Positions 54,382 through 64,000 of a DNA stretch of 64,000 nucleotides are shown here, piece by piece. The DNA is from Octopus sinensis (Eukaryota), in assembly GCF_006345805.1 (NCBI RefSeq), contig NC_043017.1, positions 33,542,001 through 33,606,000 on the forward strand, in the 5' to 3' direction. How positions within the stretch are numbered: the first letter of the stretch is position 1; each line of letters begins with the position of its first letter. The notes under the pieces are model-generated. The model was not told the DNA's origin. It worked only from the letters and a program-made list of their open reading frames with translations, and made no database searches. The position numbers and the translations under genes were made by a program.

Positions 54382-55339
54382 TATATTTATAGGTGGGTAG
54401 TGGTGTGTAGATACACTCGGGCACAGGAATGTATAGAGCTGTCTAGCATTACTTTATACACGCGCGCGCTCCTGTAAAAATACTTAGTGACAGAAAAATA
54501 TATTCCAAACTCGACAAAATATAAATTGATACATCGGTTATAGCAAGGTATTTCTTACATCGACGTAACTATTATTAGTTGTTAATAAGTCATAGAGGGA
54601 TCAATCATAATATTCAAGTGGAAGATCAGCCGATCAAGGTGTCCAAGGTCTTTCCCACCGTCTTCGGAGAGGTTGTTGTGGCACATTCTGTTTCTGTGAA
54701 AGAATTTACTTACCGTTGTCTGAAGTTATAGAGCTGAAAATTAGTCTGCGAGGAAAATTTTGTAACATCCTCTAGAGACAGTAAATTAATTCATTTAAAA
54801 TATCTTCGTAATTACAGCCACTCGCTGAAATAATTTTATGGTCATTGCAATTTTATTGTGTTTTGGTGGAGAGAAAGAAAGAAAGAAAGAAGGAACGGAT
54901 AAAAAGAAAGAACAAAAGAGAGAGAAAGCTTGAAAATTTGGGTAAATTTCTCGGCGCGTTAGTTGAAGCCAATGAAATGACCTTGTCATGAACTGTTGTC
55001 TAATTTGTATGATGTCATCGGAGATGCTTCCGCACTTGGTCTGTATGTGGAGTTGAAGTGGCTAGAGCGGAAAGGGATAGACTAAATACCTAATATGTGC
55101 AGTGTGGAGTGGGTAAAGTGATAGACAGAATAGAAGGAAGGCTTCTCCGTAGAAGTATTGCTTACAAAAACAAATGTGAGAATTGAAAAAAAAAAGGACT
55201 TTACAAAGTTGAAGGGATTCTATTGGTGAGGGTTCATCCGCAGTTTATGATGCCGGGGACACTGTGTTCTGCAGTATGTAAGACGCAGGGATACTTCCTT
55301 TGAGTCTTAGTTATTCTTCCTCTAGGGAATGGATAATAG

Positions 55340-55670
55340 ATTAATGTAGTGATGTGTGGCAGTTAAAACGAAACAGTCTTACATTTTGTGACTGCGGGTA
55401 GCAAACGAGTTCAAAAAGAATACAAACGGATGCATGATAACGTAGCAAGGTATGTTCATTGGAGTTTGTGTGAAAAGTATGGTATTGGAAGGACATTGAA
55501 CTAGTATTAAGCATAAACCATAAGGCGTCACCGAGAATGAGTATAGGATCTTGTGAGATTTTACAATGCAGAGTGATTTAGTGATTGATACTCGGAGACC
55601 AGACATTATTGTAGTTGATAAAATGATGAAGGAAACAAAGACATAGACATTGAAATACCTAGGGATGTAC
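55340..55670 (+). mobile_element. R4/Dong-clade LINE fragment: zinc finger plus restriction-like endonuclease region
   Basis: Broken frame C..CGS.NETVLH...KEYKRMHDNVARYVHWSLCEKYG...HKP.GVTENE..IL.DF..QSD....RRPDIIVVDK...IDI.IP. Confidence 0.85.
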
Positions 55671-56702
55671 AAGTGGATGACTGTTGTGTGGACGCCCCAG
55701 ACGATGAAGTAGGTTGGCCCAATACGTAGATATAGAGGGAGAAGCCTAGACGTCGAGGTCAGAGTAGTAGCGGTGAGAGTGAAGACTAGAGAGCAGAGCA
55801 GAGTAGGGTTGAGTAGAGTGGAGTCGAATTGAGTAGAAGGCATCCGAAAGTGCGACATAACAATGACAAAGAACTAGAAAAGATTGTAAAGTACAGGGCA
55901 AATTGCTGGAGAATTTGAGATTGACATGAGAGTAGAACATGTTCAGAAAACTGCTCATTTTACTAGTTTGATGAGTTCCTTCGTAATTACAAGGGATCAA
56001 TATATCAACCTCTTCGTTTGTAGGCAAGGTATGCCTAAAGGATAGTTCTCAGTGTAGCGTTCAGTCTACATCTAATCAAATGGAAACTATTTCAGGTATT
56101 TTGTCAGTGCCCATTGCAAATACGTTATGTTAGCTGAAATGAAGCGTCTAGAAATAACAGCATTGATATTTTCTTTTCTATTATCTGCAGCCATTCTCTG
56201 CATATGCTGTTGGATTTGTTCTTCCCAATTGGAAAAGAAGATTCGTACAGAAGGAGGGCATTCAGTAACAGCATTTCCTGAAGTTCAAAAACAATCTATA
56301 AACATCTCCATGAATTCTCTCCCGCATTAAAATAACATTTCACTACACATGACTTTTAGAAATTGCACTATTCTAAAACCTGGAATATTTCAAAGTATAA
56401 TTGATAAATATTATATAATAAACATATATTTTGATGTCATATGCATGACAGAATTATTTTCCTGTTATCTCATCCATGAATCTAATAATTACTGTAAAAT
56501 AATGCATATTATTTTAAATAATTGCACATTACATTGCCAAGGTTCAACTTTCGCAAGTAAGACGTAATTCGTGTTAGCGATTTGAAGCAAACTTGGCATT
56601 TGCGTATGTGTGTTAGTAAGATCTGTAAGAAATAATGAATATCAATGAGTATTTCATAATACTTCTGTCCATAATATATTTATAATCTCTTGATACATAT
56701 AT

Positions 56703-57100
56703 ATATATATATAAAAGTAAGGTTGTGTGCGGTCTGTCTCCTACGATTTAGATTCCTAACTACTCCCACATTTTACGGTGCAGTTTAACCAAAACCGGGT
56801 ATCTTATAGTCGTGATTCATATCGAGCCCTTCTGGGTATTAGCGCGCGTCTACGAGGAGTCTACGATTTAAAAAAAAAATTACCATCATTTTTTCCATTT
56901 TAATGCATTTTTTTCGCTATTATATAAGGGAAGTAACTCTCTAAAAATGTCTAGGATGAGTCAACAATTTAAAAAAAGAATTACCATAATTTTTTTCCAT
57001 TTTAATGCATTTTTTTGCTAATCTTGGGCTATAACTCTCTAAAAGTGCTTATATAGTTATTTCCCTTACAAACCCGAGCAACGCCGGGCGATTCTGCTAG
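56703..57100 (+). mobile_element. Non-autonomous Helitron
   Basis: 3' end cccgagcaacgccgggcgattctgCTAG|T, shared with the 2452 element; the 5' end merges into (TA)n; short internal duplication. Confidence 0.8.
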
Positions 57101-58160
57101 TATATATATATATATATATATATTACAAATCACCACGTGGGGATAATCGAAATTCCTCCTTTCTGTTACTACTATATATATATATGTGTGTGTGTGTGTA
57201 TGTATAATTTGAATTCTACAGTAAGTGTGTTTCAATATACGCAAAAAAGGACATCAATAAATATTTAATTGGAAAAAAAAACATTCCAAACAACAGAATT
57301 GACAGTTTTACTGACTGAAGGGTGTGTGAAATAAATTAGCCACTTGAAAAATAAATAGTTTGTATTGGTAGAGGGAACTGTATTCAATATATCGAACTAC
57401 CTTTGCAGCCGAGATAAACCTGCTACAGACTAAAGGCTTTAGTAATTCTATCACTGCTTTATTACCTATCTCTTTCTTCTTCAGTCACTTTCTTTCGTCT
57501 TTTTTTTTCAGCAAACATTTCGACTAAAACATTCAGGGCCTCAGCTTTCGGTGATGTGTGAGAAAAGAAATTTAACCAAAAGTATTTTTCTCACGCTGCA
57601 CATGTGAATTCAATAAATTTTTATTTTGTTTTTATTAACGACAAATTATCAAGCGTATTCGAGTATCGGACAGGATTCCATAAAGAATTTTGTTTCAGGT
57701 GGTTGAGGAAATGGCTGCCTTTCATCCAATTGGGGTTGATATAATGTAATAATGCAGTACAGCGCTGAAAGAACGGCTGAAAAAAACGGCGAGCGCTGAA
57801 AGAACAGCGAGCCTTATGGACTTTGCCCCAAATCATTTTCCTTCTTAGCGCCAATATTGCCGTAGCTTACATGTATGACAAGCTTAATCAATTACCCGGC
57901 TTAAAAACTTGTAGTTTGGCTGTCAACGGGTGATGTGATGCGTATCGTCTTCCCTACTTAGTGCGAAGTAATAATATTATATAACCTATATATCATCCTT
58001 ACCTTGAAGGTAGAGAAACATTTTCTTATTTCCATTTCAATTCTTGACTAAAAGTTCTTTAAGATTGTGCTCCAGCATAGCTGCAGTCTCATAACAGAAG
58101 CAGGGAGAATATATACATGCACACACACACACGCACACACACACACACACACGAACACAC

Positions 58161-58204
<44 letters not shown>

Positions 58205-58613
58205 TTTCTTTCTTTTTTCTTTTACTTGTTTCAGTCATTTGACTGCGGCCATGCTGGAGCACCGCCTTTAATCGAGCAAATCGACCCCGGGACTTATTTT
58301 TTTGTAAGCCCAGTACTTATTCTATCGGTCTCTTTTGCCGAACCGCTAAGTGACGGGGACGTAAACACACCAGCATCGGTTGTCAAGCAATGCTAGGGGG
58401 ACAAACACAGACATACACACAAACATATATATATATATATACATATATACGACAGGCTTCTTTCAGTTTCCGTCTACCAAATCCACTCACAAGACATTGG
58501 TCGGCCCGGGGTTATAGCAGAAGACACTTGCCCAAGATGCCACGCAGTGGGACTGAACTAAGAACCATGTGGTTGGTAAACAAGCTATTTACCACACAGC
58601 CACACCTGCGCCT
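58205..58613 (-). mobile_element. Family-B SINE, full length
   Basis: Reverse complement of the 52478 copy. Confidence 0.94.
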
Positions 58614-58821
58614 ATATGTATATATATATATATGTCTAATTTCTTTGAAATGTTTAAATTTCAAAGCTGCGGTGCGGTCATGATGGGGCACCACCGTTGA
58701 CTGAGCTTCACCATTATTTGAAACCCCTTCTGATATGTGCATATATATATTTTTTTAATTTTATTTTTATGTTATCTAGTTTCAGCTCACGAGCTGTGGC
58801 TATGCTGGGGCATATATATAT

Positions 58822-59548
58822 AATTTAATAAGGGTAGAAATTGTTATTAATCAATTAAAACCAGTGGCCTAGCATATTAAAAAAATCCGAAGATTAAAAA
58901 TATTTTTTACATACAAAATTTAAAGGACTGACCACTAAAAGTGGACGGTCAACATGCTAGATATAGATGTCAAATCGTTATTTTCCACAAACGATATGTT
59001 TAGTGGTCAGTCCTTTAAATTTTGTATGTAAAAAAAATTGTTAATCTTCGGATTTTTTTAATATGCTAGGCCACTGGTTTTAATTGATAAATATCAATTT
59101 CTACCCTTATTAAATTTTAAATAATAAAAAATATTCTCTAACCGGTAAATTGACTGCTGCTACTTATTGGCTGCAGGGTAGTTTTCCGATCTCAGCGCTC
59201 CAAAGTGAATGTATTTGAAGATACACATAAATATAATTGGTTGGAATCTATGCATGCGAGACTCCGGTCAAACGTTTTCGTATCTAGTCCTGCAAATTGT
59301 ATTTCTATATGACAGACTATGCTGATGAGATTGCAGGTATCCATATGCGTGGATATTAACAATCGAAACTGATCGGTACATAGGTAATCATTTTTATTTC
59401 GTATATTTTCATTTGTCTTGCTTATTTTTAATGCTTTGGTTTGTGCTGAGTTTTTTAATTGAGAACATATTCTTTTTGGAAAATAGCGAATTGACGTCTA
59501 TATCTAGCATGTAGACCGTCCACTTTTAGTGGTCAGTCCTTTAAATTT

Positions 59549-59553
<5 letters not shown>
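58822..59553 (+). mobile_element. Non-coding hammerhead-containing element (Penelope-like/retrozyme-like): inverted 5' arm plus ~1.05 copies of a 526-bp unit
   Basis: Inverted arms 58822-58937 / 58999-59116; 29-bp direct repeat at 58999 and 59525; 58938-59000 is the reverse complement of 59465-59524; (TA)n on both sides. Confidence 0.7.
59317..59383 (+). ncRNA. Intact type I hammerhead ribozyme
   Basis: CTATG-CTGATGA-GATTG-(26 nt including the hairpin tatcca/tggata)-CAATC-GAAA-C-TGATCG-GTA-CATAG: 5-bp stem I, 5-bp stem II with G-C closing pair, near-palindromic stem III, GUA cleavage after 59378. Confidence 0.88.
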
Positions 59554-59632
<79 letters not shown>

Positions 59633-60135
59633 CCTAAGATCAACAAAATGAGATAATTGTATGCCTTCTGTGGAATTCAGCATTTAAATTATGATTTGAT
59701 GGAACATGCGAAGTTCTTAAGTGTTTGACTCCACTATGTTTAGATAACATGTTTGATCTCTCTAGGGGTCAGCTTATTTTCCAATATATATTTCATACTA
59801 AGGTTAGAAATGTTCTATTGTATATATCATATATTTTTCTTCATATGTTCTTTTTTTTTCAGTTCTTGCTTGTTGTAAAATCATCCGAATTTTGGAGAAG
59901 CATCGGCGTCTTTGCAATATATGCTTGTGAATTCTTCGGTGCCAAAAATAGCAAAATATAGATGAAAGGAAAAATAAGCAGTTAAAAACGAAAACAGAAA
60001 AAAGAGCCAAAAATACATTTTTGTAGCTTTGTCAAGGAAAAGATTAAGAATTCTAATCACAAAGTGAAAATTATCCCAACGACTGAACAAGCAATGAATC
60101 TATTGTTACCACCATTATTGTTGCTATTGTAATTG

Positions 60136-60168
<33 letters not shown>

Positions 60169-61342
60169 ACATCATCATTTTTAATGTTCTTGTCGTTGCA
60201 CTTGATTTTGTAAGAAATCATGTTCATTATCTTTATTTTGTGGTATTGTTGATGCTCTGGTCCTTGTGTGTCTCCTTTATTTTGGTTGGTGTTTTAGCGA
60301 TGTTGATTTTGATCTTGTAGTAGCCGTTACGGTTCTTATAACTATTGTTGTTGTTGTTGTTTACTACAAAAATCCTCAAAGAGTGCTGTTCTTGACTTTA
60401 GGATAATGGCTTAGACTACAATCAGTTTCCCCTCAAAATTGCCAATAAAAAATTTTAAATATATTTTTTTGTTGTTTTACTTCGTTTGAAAGTTTTCAGT
60501 TTTTATTTTCTCATTTCTTTCAATAGATAATTTTATTAATATTGCACTTTCCACCCATGAAACACAGCTGACCATTTCTATAGCATTCAGCACCAAAAAT
60601 ATAAAGGTTCCTAATTTTATACTAATCTTTCATATCTCGCTTTGTCTATTACTGTTATCTCTGAGGAATTCGTTTAATCATATGTTATCCCTGATCTGGA
60701 AGACTTATGGTACAGGGTTCCATCCCGACCATTCAAAAATCTTTTCAGTATGTTTATCCCTTTACTAGTTTCAGTCACTGGAATATGGTCATGCTGGAGC
60801 ACCATTCGTTGTTCACGAATGAGTCCTAACCTTTGTGTTTTGCGAGATATTTGACTTCACTTTCTAGCAAACCAAATGACATAAGAAATATAATCATCTT
60901 CGTTGGTGTTTTGTATTTCTAATCCCAAGTCGAACAGGCATGACTAAGACCAGGTGTACCCAATCCATAATCATCACATGTCTTTTGTTCTACATTGTTT
61001 GATTTGTTTATCCATTATTTAAACATGTTGTGATTTGAGGAAACTTGGTTTCTATTTCAAGCATATTTTTACTATTCTTTTGATTGCTCACCTTAAGAAG
61101 GTAACATACGAGGACGCATCTCAACCTGTTACCAACAGTAGCATGAACATTGTATATACACCGTGCTGAACAAAAATACCTCGTTAACTGTAATTTAAAA
61201 TAGGTGAATTTCATCAGTAACGACTGCATTGTGATGAAATCTTCCGTAAATATATTCCATTTAACACATAGAAATCGAGTTCACCCAGTCATGGAGGATT
61301 TCATTTCACTTAACAAATATCACAGGATAATAGTTTAATAGT

Positions 61343-61724
61343 GGAGGCGCAATAGCCCAGTGGTTAGGGCAGCGGACTCGCGGTCATATGATCGCGGTTT
61401 CGATTCCCAGACCGGGCGTTGTGAGTGTTTATTGAGCGAAAACACCTAAAGCTCCACGAGGCTCCGGCAGGGGATGGTGGTGATCCCTGCTGTACTCTTT
61501 CACCACAGCTTTCTCTCACTCTTACTTCCTGTTTCTGTTGTACATGTATTTCAAAGGGCCGGCCTTGTCACTCTCTGTGTCACGCTGAATATCCCCGAGA
61601 ACTACGTTAAGGGTACACGTGTCTGTGGAGTGCTCAGCCACTTACACGTTAATTTCACGAGCAGGCTGTTCCGTTGATTCGGATCAACCGGAACCCTCAT
61701 CGTCGTAACCGACGGAGTGCTTCC
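61343..61724 (+). mobile_element. Family-C SINE, full length, tail type 3, 14-bp TSD
   Basis: A box tagcccagtgg, B box gtttcgattccc; TSD aatagtttaa(t/c)agt at 61329-61342 and 61725-61738. Confidence 0.93.
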
Positions 61725-62307
61725 AATAGTTTAACAGTTTGTAATCTTGTAAAAGCTCTGTTGGTTGCTAGTGGGATCAGGATACTCTTTGCTTCTGTAT
61801 AAATAACTAAGGGAAGTTGTAGAATTCATTGCTCTTTTGAAAAACGAATGAGACACAACGAGTCAGTCATTTACCACATTTTTGTAAAGTTAAACTCCTG
61901 AATGATAATTACAGGGTCTATAACTCTGGCCTTTCTCGGAGCAATTGACCATTATTCCTTGCCATCATACAAACGTATCACTGGTTCATTCCACATGAAC
62001 AGCGCTCACCGTTTCAAGAAAAACGAGACCCGTGAAATTAGATAATACTAGATAGTTCACTCCACAGGGTTTTGTTTCTCGTGATAGCGGTAGCAGTCTG
62101 TCATTCTGTTTAGTTCCGTTTCCTAAAAGACCAAAACACTGCCGAAATTTATGAATTAGAAATTTTAAATGATTTTAAATTGTAGTACTTTTAGAAAGTC
62201 TAATGTACCTAAAGCCAGACTCGAAGTAGACTTGGATGAGGCTACAAATGGTGAGGAAAGGACTTCAACAAACAACTAATTATTTATTTAACCAACAGAT
62301 TAATGCT

Positions 62308-62505
62308 TTAACATTTAAACCGCCGGCCATATTCTGTGAAAATGTCCGACCAGTTTTATGTTCAAACGAGCCAGATCTGGCCTCTCACACCTATCCTACA
62401 ATATCATTCTAAAACAAACAACCACATTTTTGAAATCTCAAAGAGTTGAGATAATGCATGATTAATACAAAACATTGATACAGTATCTGAATGCTGAAGG
62501 CTTAA
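62308..62505. mobile_element. Possible piggyBac-type non-autonomous remnant
   Basis: Bounded by TTAA at both ends, right end aatgctgaaggcttaa; termini eroded, family recalled rather than demonstrated. Confidence 0.3.
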
Positions 62506-63034
62506 GCAAACGATCAATTCGTTGCTCAGTACACAGCTAACAAATTGACTGAGTATAAAGTGACATTGAGTCCGTCATTATGTTTATTATTATTGCGATG
62601 TCAGAAAAAGATTTGTTTCAATACACGAGTTCACGTCAATAATTTCGTAAACAATATACAAAACTTTCAAATTATATTCTCTCACAAAACACGATTAATT
62701 GTATCTCATATCAGAAATTAATACAAAGCAAATTTAACTCACTTTTAAGGGAGACTTAGTAAAACGATTAAACCCCAGAGTACCGCTTTATAACATTTAT
62801 CAAATGCACAGTTGATATTTTTCCTTCTCCCTTCAACTCTTTCACTACTATTTCAGCTTCTTAGAACGAGTCAATGAATCTTGGGTGCACAATGTTAAAC
62901 AAAACATGGATTTGACTTGGTGCTATACTGCAACAACAACGCTAGCAACGTTTCTACTCCATGCAAAAGACAAGCAATTTTGAGGTGAAGGGTTAGTTGA
63001 TGTTATAAACCCCACTGCATGACAGTCAGAATTA

Positions 63035-63215
63035 ATAATGATTTCAAATTTTGGTACAAGGCCAGCAAATTTATGGGAAAGGTGAATTAATTACATCGAC
63101 CTCACTGTTCAAATGGCACTTATTTTATCAATTCCGATAGGATGAAAGGCAAAGTCAACCTTGGCGGAATTTGAACGCAGAACGTTAAGACGGATGAAAT
63201 TCTGCTAAGTGCTTT
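63035..63215 (-). mobile_element. Diverged family-A SINE
   Basis: ggatgaaaggcaaagtcaaccttggcggaatttgaacgcagaacgt. Confidence 0.82.
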
Positions 63216-63880
63216 GCAGCCCGACACCTTTGTCAGAATTACCAATAACACAAACTAAATTAGTATATACGTTCGTAGAAATAATGTTGCCCTCGAGAGA
63301 GAAGTCAAACACGTTGACCATACAACCTCTACATCCATACCGTATCGATATAACTACTTGTTGGTTTTCCTGTTTCACATGTAACACGATATTTTAGAAG
63401 TTCCGAAAATGATAAAATGCGTCGAAGTTGCTGGAAAAGCCTTTGGAAGTGCTGCTAATTGTATCAAACACTGAAGGAAAATCATTTCAAATAAAAAAAA
63501 GTAAATGAAAGAAGACACATACAAATATAACTAAATCCTTTCTCACCTTACTTTAAAATAATACTGTAATCTTCATTTCGAAAGCTGTTAAAAGATTTTA
63601 AACTATGATCCTGAAGATAATAGCAAGATTTGTACAATTCAAAATCATATTGGAAGAACAGAGAAAACAAAAATGATTTGATAATAAGGAAGCAAAAAGA
63701 AAGGAACACGAAAGAAAGAAAGAAAGAAAGACAGAAAGAAATGAATTATTTGAGTAAATCTTCAGATCACAAATCCTCTTATCTGACTTAGAAATAATTT
63801 TGAATATTACAGATATGCCGTATTTCTTGTATTCTTGCTATATCACATGATTCTTTGAGTAATAGACAAATCTTACAAAT

Positions 63881-63941
<61 letters not shown>

Positions 63942-64000
63942 CTGTAGAAGCCTATGTGTACTGGAAACACATACAGTAATGCAGTATGCCTATCTCAAGG

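Noticed and set aside
52965-57740. Plus-strand terminal-exon candidates (after acceptors at ~52968, ~56190 and ~57700)
   Set aside because: Only acceptor-like sites; no coherent upstream exons or recognisable domain

Overview
AT-rich, microsatellite-dense eukaryotic DNA. It is very probably an octopus (cephalopod) genome; this is inferred from the three recurrent tRNA-derived SINE families, not from any database search. No protein-coding gene can be confidently called. Nearly all ORFs in the supplied track are microsatellite read-throughs or SINE-derived. The window holds about 20 SINE copies, two non-autonomous Helitrons, several foldback/MITE elements, decayed hAT and R4/Dong-like relics, a gag/ORF1-only retroelement with an eroded CCHC knuckle, a 5S rRNA pseudogene and two local tandem duplications. 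A 9.1-kb array of a 53-bp satellite appears to have amplified from inside a decayed element. The most interesting signal is a set of four hammerhead-ribozyme motifs of the minimal, palindromic-stem-III type known from Penelope-like elements and retrozymes. One (59317-59383) is intact. It lies in a non-coding ~526-bp unit with terminal redundancy and an inverted arm that reads across the unit's end-to-start junction, as expected if it was copied from a circular or multimeric RNA. All alignments, folds and counts were done by eye, so coordinates may be off by a few bases.
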